A stretch of DNA of 64,000 nucleotides from Candidatus Omnitrophota bacterium (GTDB lineage: Bacteria; Omnitrophota; Gorgyraeia; Tantalellales; Tantalellaceae), in the NCBI GenBank assembly GCA_016783605.1, contig JADHWG010000002.1, positions 107 to 64,106 of the forward strand. Direction: 5' to 3'. Of the stretch, positions 1-10,700 are shown in pieces. The notes beneath the pieces are model-generated. The model saw nothing but the letters and a program-made list of their open reading frames with translations, made no database searches and was not told where the DNA came from. A program made the translations under genes and the position numbers. Within the stretch, counting starts at the first letter, position 1, and each line of letters opens with the position of its first letter.

Positions 1-173
1 TTTTTAATTAGTGAAAGTGGAACGAAATGGGACCATGTTTGTAAATATTCATCCGTTAAAGTATCTATTAGCATTGCTTTATCTCTCTTTGATGTAGATT
101 TTTTTATCTTTATCATGCCGGCTAGTTTAGAAGTAATAGGGGGCATATCTGTTGCGCCATTTTTATCATACAT
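1..173 (-). CDS. Partial ORF running off the window edge, overlapping the MNT stop codon; function unclear
   Basis: Manual translation MYDKNGATDMPPITSKLAGMIKIKK... is open to position 1; the ATG overlaps the end of the MNT gene. Confidence 0.3.
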   Translation of the reverse strand, partial: MYDKNGATDMPPITSKLAGMIKIKKSTSKRDKAMLIDTLTDEYLQTWSHFVPLSLIK

Positions 174-456
174 AAACAGCCTCCTTGTCAATCCGCTTTT
201 TCAGAAAGGGATTCATTTTTTTTCTATAACTGACAATGTCGACTGTTGAATGAAAGTTTTCCTCTAAATCTTGTTTTATGCCGATGATGTCAAATAAATC
301 CTGTTTTGTTAGGCTGACAACAATATCGATATCGTTTTTGCCGTTGGTCGTATTTTTTGCAACCGAACCAAAAATGCCAATACGTTTTATGTGGTATTTG
401 TTCCGGTTCTCTTCTTTGAATTTTTTTAATCGTTTGATAATTATTTCCCGATTCAC
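166..456 (-). CDS. Minimal nucleotidyltransferase (MNT antitoxin family)
   Basis: IGIFGSVAK...NDIDIVV...VDIV motifs; start probably GTG at 456 (ORF track starts at 474). Confidence 0.85.
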   Translation of the reverse strand: MNREIIIKRLKKFKEENRNKYHIKRIGIFGSVAKNTTNGKNDIDIVVSLTKQDLFDIIGIKQDLEENFHSTVDIVSYRKKMNPFLKKRIDKEAVYV

Positions 457-557
457 AGAGCACTCCTTTTCCAATTAAACATTTCGTATTGGTAGCAGTA
501 TAGCATATTAAAACGCCTTTTAAAAGGCGGCTTAAACTGTCTCCAAATCAACCTCGT

Positions 558-687
558 GGGTCTGTCGCAAAACACCTTTTTCTGTCATCCTCGCGAATGC
601 GGGGATCTGTAACATAGTGTATTTCATAGGCTTATAGATCCCCGCATTCGCGAGGATGACATTTTGGGGGTATTTTGCGATAGCTCC
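558..687. mobile_element. MITE family A (about 130 bp) with internal GTCATCCTCGCG...GGGATC hairpin pair and 5-bp direct repeat CTCGT
   Basis: Ends GGGTCTGTCGCAAAA / TTTTGCGATAGCTCC; CTCGT at 553-557 and 688-692; near-identical inverted copy at 13360-13488. Confidence 0.75.
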
Positions 688-804
688 CTCGTAGGTTGTG
701 AAACAACCTACGAGGTTGGTTTCGGGGGCAGTCAAAAGAAATTCTTGACCTTATGGGTGGTTTTGCTGATAATGTGTGTTGTTTAAAACAGACAGGTGGA
801 TTTT

Positions 805-1422
805 ATGGGCAAGATCAAGGCGATATTTTTTGATTTGGGGAATGTTATTGTTAGGGTGAAACCGGAAGTTTTGGTTGAAGGATTCCAGAAGTGCGGAAGA
901 GTTGTGCCCGAGAGGGTTATTGATTATTTTATGGATTCGGATAACGTCAATAGGTATATGGAAGGGGAGATCTCTTCGTCGCAATTTTATTCCAAAACCC
1001 GCCGGTTTTTTAGGCTGGATATCAAATATCGTGAATTTTATGATTTATGGAACAAAGTTCTCGCGCCATATCCTGAAATGGAAGAGATCATCCGAGATCT
1101 CAAGAAAGATTATCCGGATATCAAGATGATACTTGTTTCCAACACCAACGAGGTTCATTATGACTTTGTGAGGGAAAAGTATAAGATACTGGATCTATTG
1201 GACGGGCATATTACCTCGCATGAAGAAGGTGTGCAGAAACCCGACCCCGAAATATTTGTCCGCGCGCTAAAACTCGCCGGCACGCTCCCGAAAGAGACCT
1301 TTTACACCGATGATCGCGAAGATCTAATAGATGCCGCCAGAGCAATGGGGATCCGAGCGTTTCAATTCCAAGATCACCACAAATTTCGAGCCCAATTAGC
1401 CAAATTCAATATAGAAATCTAA
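805..1422 (+). CDS. HAD-superfamily hydrolase (YihX-like phosphatase)
   Basis: FFDLGNV, SNTN, KPDPEIF and DD motifs. Confidence 0.9.
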   Translation: MGKIKAIFFDLGNVIVRVKPEVLVEGFQKCGRVVPERVIDYFMDSDNVNRYMEGEISSSQFYSKTRRFFRLDIKYREFYDLWNKVLAPYPEMEEIIRDLKKDYPDIKMILVSNTNEVHYDFVREKYKILDLLDGHITSHEEGVQKPDPEIFVRALKLAGTLPKETFYTDDREDLIDAARAMGIRAFQFQDHHKFRAQLAKFNIEI

Positions 1423-1434
1423 TTTACTCCAAAT

Positions 1435-1517
1435 TCGTAAGGGCACGGCATGCCGTGCCCTTATGCGATCGGTGATTTGTGTGACATAAAGGGCACGGCA
1501 TGCCGTGCCCCTACGAA
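1435..1517. repeat. Inverted pair of GTAG/GTAA-type REP palindromes (GGGCACGGCATGCCGTGCCC)
   Basis: Two copies with CGTAA and CTACG outer ends; same unit at 43037-43063. Confidence 0.75.
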
Positions 1518-1574
1518 GTTGGAGTGTTGTGGAAGCTGTCACGTTAAGCTTCAAAAAAGGTAGAAAGTATTGAA

Positions 1575-1603
1575 TTGACTGCTTTCCCCATTAGTGATAG
1601 AAT
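1575..1603 (+). promoter_or_regulatory. Putative sigma70 promoter of giant gene 1
   Basis: TTGACT-17 bp-TAGAAT with extended -10 TG. Confidence 0.55.
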
Positions 1604-1745
1604 AAGTCTTCGTTATGTTAGCCGTTTAAAAATGTAAATACTCCACCACCAACCTACGAGGTTGGTGGTGGGGGTTGGGTTGTTCGTAGGGGCGGGCCTT
1701 GTGTCCGCACGTTAATAATTATAATTTTTTTAGGAGGGAATTGAT

Positions 1746-4700
1746 ATGGGTAATTTTCGAGGGAAATTTTATGTGAAAGCTATCGCGGCGGTTGTCGCGG
1801 CGATCTTTTTGCATCAGCAAATCGCGTGGGCTCAAGGAGGGGCGGCTCCGGCGGCTATGCCTCCGGCGGCGCGCGTGAGTGAAAATGTTGGTGCCGGTCA
1901 AGTGGGGACCGATGTGTGTGACATTGATCTTCCTTACAATCTCGCGCATAGGGATGAAGTTTATACCGGCGCGCGCGAGGAAAAAATAATTCATCTTCAG
2001 GACGCGCATGCTTCGCTCAGCGCGCAGTATTCGCTGGTGAATCTTTTAGACGTTTTAGCGAAAAATTATGACCTTGAATTTATCGCGCTTGAGGGGACTG
2101 AGGGGGTTATTGACACGTCTCTATTAAAAAGTTTTCCGGATAAAGATATTAGAGAAAAAACCGCTGACCTTCTTATGCGGGAAGGGCGGATGAGCGCGGG
2201 TGAGTTTTTTCAAATAACTCGTGACGAAAAAAATATAATGCTCTGTGGAGTCGAGGATAACGAGCTGTATAAAGAGAATCTTGATGGGTTTTGCCAAGTG
2301 ATCGAACAGAGAGAGCCTCTGGTTAAAATGGTGAAGGCGTTTAGAGGGCAAATAGACGCGCTTGAAGAAAAAGTGTATTCGGACGAACTTAGAACGTTCA
2401 TATATAGAGGAAGGGCGCATAAAAACGGGACATTAAACTTTTCCGATTATTGGCGAGAAATGAGCCCGTTTCTTGAGAAATTCGGTATTGAAACCGGCAC
2501 TTTACGTGATATGCCTCTTCTTACCCAATCAATTGAGCTCGAAAGAAAAATAGATTTTGAAAAAGCGAATACCGAAAGAGGCGACCTCATAAGTGACTTA
2601 ACGGGCCGCCTTGAAAAAGACGAATTAAAAGCGCTAGTTCTGGAATCGGTTAATTTTAAGGAACAAAAAGTTTCACCCGCGAATTTTCATAAATATCTTG
2701 AAGAGCTTGCCAGAGAAAACAATATATCCCTCTCAGCGTACAAAAATTTCAGCATGTTCACCGAATACATATCGCTTTACGAATCCGTAGACATATTTAA
2801 TCTCTACAGTGAAGTGGAATCTCTCGAGAAAACTATTCGAGGAAAACTGTACAGAAATGAAGATGAACGCGAGCTGAATAAAATATCCGTTATGACGGAA
2901 CTTCTCCGTGGGCTATACAGCATAGAACTTTCATCGCGCGATTTCGGGTTTTTCGAAGAAACCCGCGAAAAATACGACGCGAAAAAGTTTGCCGCGTTTA
3001 TAAAAGACAAATGCGCTAAGCATAAGGTAACGATTGAAAAAGGATACGATCTTGCCGAGATGCTCGGGGGAATAAACTCCGCCGCCAACTTTTATGAAAC
3101 CGCCGCGAAGCGCGATCGGCTCATGATCCAAAATACGCTGAAACGCATGAAAAGTGAGAAAAAACGTGTCGCGGCGCTTATTACGGGAGGTTATCACACA
3201 AAAGGTCTCACCGAAATAATGAAAGAAAACAAACTTTCATACCTTATCATATCTCCGAAATTTGAAAAAGACGAAGAAAGGCCCTATGTCGCCGTTCTTA
3301 CCGGCAAAAAGAAACCTTACGAGGAGCTTCTAGAATCCGGAAAATACCAGATAATGGCGGCGGCGTGGAACAATCCTAATGACACCCCGGAAAGTCAGAT
3401 TTCAAAAACTGAGGAAATAGTGGCTTTAACCCGGGCAATAAACGATATGACTCAGGAAGACTGGGAAAATAACGGCGAGGAATGGAAAGGTTCGTTTTGT
3501 CCCGGTTCTTCTGTTGAAATTTTTAATGAGGATAAATTTAAAGAACTAATCGAGACTGTGGAAGGAAGAGAAATAGATGGCGCTGTTGTTACGGGATATA
3601 AGGGCGGTGAGCCGCGCGTCGCGCTAAAGCTTAATGAAAAATCCGAGATTCAACGAGTAGAAATTACCGAAAAACACAAGAGAATCTGGGAAAAACGTAC
3701 TGGTAATATTATGCTACATGTGAACCAAGTTTTTTCGATGACAAAATTAAAAACAGAGAGTGACATAGCGGAGTCAGTGGGCAATAAAATCGATAATCCG
3801 ACAATAGATACAGAATGGCAAAAGAGGAATATGATCATACATCCGGCTTTGGTGATTTCGGAAGAAAATATAAACAATACCATCGATCGGATGAGACCCA
3901 CTGTCATAGGGGTGGGACAAGATGAAAATGCGGAACAGAAAAGAATAACCGAAGAAATAAAAAGAGTGCTCAAAATAAAAGGAATTAATGAGGCAGAATT
4001 AAAAGATAAAATCGTTAAGAAATTTATAAACGCGGCTATGGAAGAGCTTAAGAGAAGGAATGAATCTAATCAAACGCCGAACCAAGATGAGCCTTTTGTT
4101 TTGACGTTAGAGAAGATAGAGAAGATTTGCCAAAGTTTAAGGGATGAAGCAGATAGTAGCTCAGTTGGACAGAATCCAGATGACCTGCGTAAGAAAGTAG
4201 AAAGAGCATTTATGGAAATGGGAGCTACGGAAGCATTTCTTAAAAGCGGCGCTGTCGAGAAACAGATACAACTATTAATGAAGATGATCGAGAAAAAAGA
4301 CGAGAAGAGTAACCCTAACGAGGCGAATTCGATATTTGCAAAGCTTGTTTCCAAAGATGAGGCATATTGGAACAATGTCGAAGAAGATATAAAGGGATAT
4401 CAAAAAGAATATAACACTACATATGTGAAAACTTCAAAACCATCAATATTTGAGCAATCTGAATTGGAGCAAACTGAAATAGATTTGGTTCGGGTAGTAA
4501 AAAAAGAAGAGAAGCTTGGGCTTGTTGATAATTCCTTGGTAGATTTTTTTAAAAAACTAAAAGATATGGAATCGGATAACGTATCTACTGAAGCACCGGA
4601 TCAAGTTAAGACGCCGCCTGCCGAGTTTGAAATTAAAGATCATGAAATAGGCTCCCGCGCGTATCCAAAATCAACCAAATTTGTAACAAATGAACCCACC

Positions 4701-7700
4701 CAGACTCAAGAAGATCCGATTGAATCCAAAGACATAAAAAAATCGTTCATGGAAAAAATCGAAGCTCAACTTGTGAGAATGACTTTTACGGCAACGATAT
4801 TTACCGCGCTCATGTTGATAATACTGCGGGGTGTAACACATAATCGAGCCAAAAAGGAAGAAGAGTACGCACCTCTAGTGGTACAAAAAAAAGAATCTGA
4901 CGAAAAATCGGTGGATGAGGCTGACGCTGTGACGGTTAAAAAAGACAACTTTATAAAATCAATTCCGGGAAAAATCGTAAAGTTTATAAAAGACAAAGCC
5001 AATTTGGTTATAAGGCATAAAAATCTGATCATAATGATGTTTGTATCTATCGGTTCGATCGCGGCGATTGCAAACGCGGAGTCTTTTGGATTTGTTCAAA
5101 CGATAGAAAGAGTGTCATCAACACCTCTATTCGCGACGTCAACATTTGGGATGGTAGAACTCATGATGGTGGTGGGGGCCGTAGCTCTCACTGTCTGGGT
5201 GTTTTTGAGTTTGGGCAAAGGAGAAATAGGCGCGGAAAGAAGATTACCTATTATTGAGATACTTCGCAAAGAAACCTGCAAGCTAGATATTATTGTTGCG
5301 GGAGTTTTCGCGTATCAGACCATTATTCAATATATGGCGGACGGTGCTTTTACGAAAGGCGTGTTCCTTTTTGCGATAGCAACTGCCGCTCTTATTTTTT
5401 CCGTATGGACATTCATAAAAGATGGACTGCTTGTAAAAACGGCGGGTGTGGAAAATAGAGAAACAAAGATGATAGAAGGAGATTTGAAATCTGGTGCTGT
5501 TGTAATGACAGTTACAAAAAAAGTTGAGGATGTTCCAGTTGCGGAAGTAACGAGTCGAAAAAAATTACTTTTTGTGCAAAGCAAAAATTGGTTAAAAAGC
5601 AAATTTGCGTTAGCTAAAAAATATAAAGACCTGATATCAGCTCTGTTCGTTTCTTCAATAATAGGCTTAGTGTCAATATCGCAGGCATATGACGGGAGTA
5701 TTGGGTTGAGTCCTTCTTCGATTATGGCGATGGCGGTGTTGTCCGGTTGTACAATAGGTGCGCTGGTATTTTTAATAAGAAGCTTAGATAAAACAAAAAA
5801 AATTAGTGATAAAAAAAACGCTTCTGTAGAAATTCCAAAGATAAGAAATTTCAAAGAATTAAAAGGATACGCGGGAATAAGCATTGTAACTTCGGCGATG
5901 ACGCTTTTAATTGGATATTTTCACAAACCGCTTTGGCAGATATGCTTGGATCTTCCAATGAAACATGAAATATTAGGTTCAATAACGGTTGGAGCGGGAC
6001 TTTTAACAAGCGCGGTCGTGGCGGGAATCGCGATATGGTTTACGTGGATTACACTAGACGCCGCAATACCCATGGGGCTTAAAAAAGCCGGTTCTTTTGT
6101 TAAGGGCATATTCCGTTTTGTAAAGACGTATTTTAGCGTGTTTATTGGGACAGTGTTTGCCGGGACATTGTGGTCGACGGTTGCGCGGGCGGTAAACAAT
6201 TCTGCGAATGTCGTAAGTATATTTGATGTGACCCAAGGAACAAAATTTAGTGTGATTATTCGATCGATACCGCGTAACGTGATCGTGCCGTTCGCTATTG
6301 TGATGATGACGGTTATTACGGCTGTATGGATATTTTCTGCGATTGTAAAGGCGGTTCGTTTGTATAGAGCACAGGAGAGAGGAAAAGTATCCGAAGAAGA
6401 AGTAGGAGAAATTAAGAAAAAACAGAACCGTTTTAATATTCAGGTATTTTCCAATATGGCGTTAATTCTTATCAGTTTTTTTGCGGCAAATAATGTGTCT
6501 TTGACCATGGAATACGCGCTTGTAATTATCCCTTTTGCTATTTTGGGACTATGCGTATATTCAATATATTCCGCGATACATTTTGTGTGCAAGCTTGTGC
6601 AGGATTACAGGAAACCATTAACGGAGCAGAAAAAATCGGAGCGGAAAAACAAAAAGCGGAGCTCAAAAGGAGAGGTTAAAATTTCTCTTCTTACGGGTAT
6701 GGTTTTTATGTTTATCGTGCTTGCTATAGGATGCATAACGCCGAAGGTTAATACAAAATCGGTTTTGGATAAAAGTGTGGCAAAAACGAAGATGGCGGAG
6801 ACGGTTGGGACGCAGAAAATGGATGATTCTAAAAAAATGGTGCCGCGAACAGAAACTGAACCGAAAAAGAAAGAAATTAAGATATGCGGGAATACACCGA
6901 ACGTGCATGACGCGGCGTGTGATGTCATAATACTCAACCCGAGTTATGGCGCGGTACAGGATGAGTGGCCGGATGAGATTTATTTTGATTATTGGGGAGA
7001 CATTACGGGGTATGAGGTTGAAATTATTTTTACGGAACTAGGAAAAAGAGAAAACACAAGAATTGAAATTTTCTTAAAAAACAAGAAATACATCAATATG
7101 AGTTCGGGTGCGGTAACGCCGGATAAAGATGGCGTAGTCAGGTGGAACCCGGCGGCTGTTGAGGGATGGCTTTTCAGAAAGTCAATGGCAAAGGCAAAAG
7201 CGAAATTTATAAAAAATAACGCGGCAATAAGTATTAAATTTCGAGGTATGGACGCGGAAGAGGGGGAAGATCATATAGAAGAAATCCGGTTTGTCAGGAA
7301 AGAAGTTAATAAGTCAAAAGGTGTATCTCGTTCGAAATTATTCACATGGGCGCCGATAATCGCGCTGACTTCATTTATTACGGGGTCGGGGATATTTAAC
7401 ACGGCGCTTGCGGGGGCGGCGGGGCTTGGCTGGATGAATGAGATTGAGGCTATTGCCGTGTCATCTCCATGGGGTGGATTGAGTCTAATGTGTTTATTGT
7501 TTGGGGCTATGTTAGCCGGCGCGGGGGCAATAGCATATATTTTTACCAATCTCTTGAACCTCTTTTCTTCGGAAATGGAAGGAAAAACTCTGCTTAAGGT
7601 GAGTCTGATCTGGATGGTATCAACCGGAGCAATCTTAGGATTATTGGCGAAAATCGGATCGATCGCAATCTGGGTAAACCGGTTTTTTGTTGGTGATATG

Positions 7701-10700
7701 CTTATGTCCTCCGGACTTACGACTATCGGAATGTCGACACTTTTAATCGCGCTCTTTGGGACGGCAATGATATCCGCAGGGTTGGTAATGAAAGGGACGC
7801 ATGATGTGTACTTTCAAAATAAAAAACGTGCTGAGGTGATATTTTCAAGCTTGGGCAGTGCGGCGGGGAGCGGGGTGTTGTATGTTCTGGCGCGCAATTG
7901 GCGGTTAATCGGTAATGCTTTGGAGGTGCTTGTGGTCGGAGGCCCGGCTAATATCGTTTTCGCCGTGGTTATCACGGTTGGCGGTTCCATAGGCACTGTA
8001 CTGTTTGCCGTTGCGACACTTGTGGCTATATCAAAAACGTGGTTTAAACTTGGGGAATTATCTGCCGAGAGAAAGCGTTCGGGTACGGCGCTTTTTACCG
8101 TTATAATGCTCATATTCGGTATTATGTTTTGTTGGGTTCCGGGAGTTGGGGCTAGTGGCGAAAAACCGGAAGATTTACCGGCGGTGAAATATACGGAGCC
8201 GAGAACTCCGGGGAATTATGTAGAACCGCGAGTGCCGGGGATCTATGTAGAACCGCGAACGCCGGGGACTTTTTCCGCGGCGCCGGATTCGGTAACTCCG
8301 AGAACAGATGTCGGGACGGATGAAGAAATTATACCTTTAACGGGGTGGTATCCGGAAACTTACGACGACAGTCAGGGGATTGTTGACGTTTATTGCGGCG
8401 AAGACGGAATATTGAAAATAGTCGCCGATATGAGAGGGCAGGATGATTATAGGCGTCAAGGTGAGGTTTACCGTAATCTTGATGAAGCAACAGATTTTAC
8501 CGGTAAAAAAGAAAGTTTTAAGGTTCGTGTGCCTGAAAAATACGCTTTGAATCAGGAGAATGGTGTCGTGCCGTATATGATGGATGTGAACGGGAATAAG
8601 CAATACGCGGATAGGGTGAAAATTACGCGAGCCGGGGAATGGGTAACTGTCGAGATGGTTCCTATGCCGTATGGGCGCACGCGGTTGAAAGGAAATGCGG
8701 GGAGATTCAAGTGGACGGATCCCGGGTTTGATCCTTCTCTTGGGATAACAAGGGTGGGTATAAAGTTTGTTATTGATGAGAAAAGTACGGATACGTTTAT
8801 TTCGGAGAATCCGGATGGGACTGTCAAAGACGGTTATATTGAAGTTGCGGATATCAGGATCGTGCCGATGGAAGGTGTTGTTCATGAGGCCGAATGGCAG
8901 AATGTTTATAGAGACGAGCCGATTGTTGTTCCGGCAGTAGACGCGGGGACGTTTGTCGCAAATTCAGGGGTGTCTCTTTATCTAAAGACGTATGAACGGG
9001 CAATAGGGACACCTGACGGTGTAACTGCGCATTATGAAGAAACTTTGAATGAATTCAAAAAATTAGCATCACGGGGAGTTAAAAAGGCGAGAATACTTCT
9101 GTGTATAGGATCAAAAAATACAAGCGGGATAGAATTTGATGATAACGATATGCCGATTGGGTTTAAAGATTTTGAAGGAGAGGACCTTAGCGGAGAAGAA
9201 CTTGCGATACTTGATTTTGCAAATCTGATAAGAATCGGTACGGAGACGGATATAGAAATGGCATTAGTTTTGCACAATAAAGATATTACGGAAGCACATC
9301 CCGGTGTTTTTGGCGATGAGGAGAAACGGGCGGCGTTAGTTGCTCTTGACAAGATCCTGCTTGATGGAGCGAAAGAAATGTTGGAGGAAGATGTTTGGGA
9401 ATATTTTGAATATGGGGAAGCACTGAATGAACCGGATGACGCAGGAACACATTCCTGGTATACCCAGGAATTCGTAAAGGCAGAGAATAAAATGATTAGG
9501 GACGATATCGGAAAACCCGTGACTCTCGGTCCGGCAAAAAGAGAACATATAGGTAACTGGCTCCTTTCGGATTCGGAGATGCTTAAACCAGGAGATATGT
9601 TCCAGATTCACGTATATAACGATAATCTTGATGAACTTCTCGCGGAGCTCAGGAGAAACATAGGTGAATTTGAGTGGCCGGAAGGTGTAACGATTTGTTT
9701 TGGTGAAGCGCAGGGGAATATCGGATCAGATTCAGTTATATCTGAAGCGTTTCCTGCCGCGCATAGATCCGGTGCGAAAAGAATATATTTTTGGCGTGAC
9801 AACCGGCTCTCTCCGAAATATACGGTGGATGAGGATGAATATCAAAGTACCGCACAATACATGATGAGCGCGGATTATGATACTGATGTGCCGGATGAAG
9901 TGGATGATACCGAACTACCTATAGCTCGTGCCGCTGTTAGCGATCAGACAGTAGATGAAGGTGTAGAGATAATCTTTAACGCCGGCGAGTCAACTGATGA
10001 AGGTGGAGAAATAGAAACTTTCAGTTGGGATTTTGACGATTATGATGGCATACAGGAAGACGCGGGTACGGTAACGGCAACACACACCTACGATGAACCA
10101 GGAGTTTACTTGGTAACTTTAACCGTAACTGATACCGCGGGAAATTCCGGAACGGATACCTTAACGATAACAGTGAATGAAGCTGTCGTGGATGACGATA
10201 CGGATGTAACGAATGAGACGGACGTGGATGTGACAGATGAGACGGACGAAGGTGTGACGGATGAGACGGACGGGGATGTGACAGACAAAGCTGACGATAC
10301 GGATACAAATAAAGACGACGTTGATAAACCCGGAAGTACGCTTGATACTTCTGACGGAGGGTGTTATATCGGTACAGCGTGGTTTAATGATAAATCTGAT
10401 AAATCGAAAGATATGAAACGTGAAAACACCCCGGGCGCGGAAGTGCTTGCGCGTGAAGGCGTGGGAAATACGCTTTTTGATAAGGTGATAAATTGGTGGG
10501 AGGGTTTAAAAACTTCGGTTAAAAAGCATTTTAACTTGGTTGTTATGATAATGTTTGGAGGAGCGCTTTTCTCGACTATCGCGCGTGCGGGAGAGCCGGG
10601 TGCTTTTGGGGAGGTGACAAAACAGCTTTTCGCGGTGTCGACGTTCGGGAAAGTGGAACTTGCGGTGGCGTCTCTTTCCGCCGCTGTCGCGATTGTAACT

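Noticed and set aside
532-735. Short ORFs 532-735, 13317-13526, 14503-14685, 22927-23268, 43007-43364 and 21908-22090
   Set aside because: They are translations of MITE/REP sequence (IPAFARMT, PPKADPP) with no independent coding evidence
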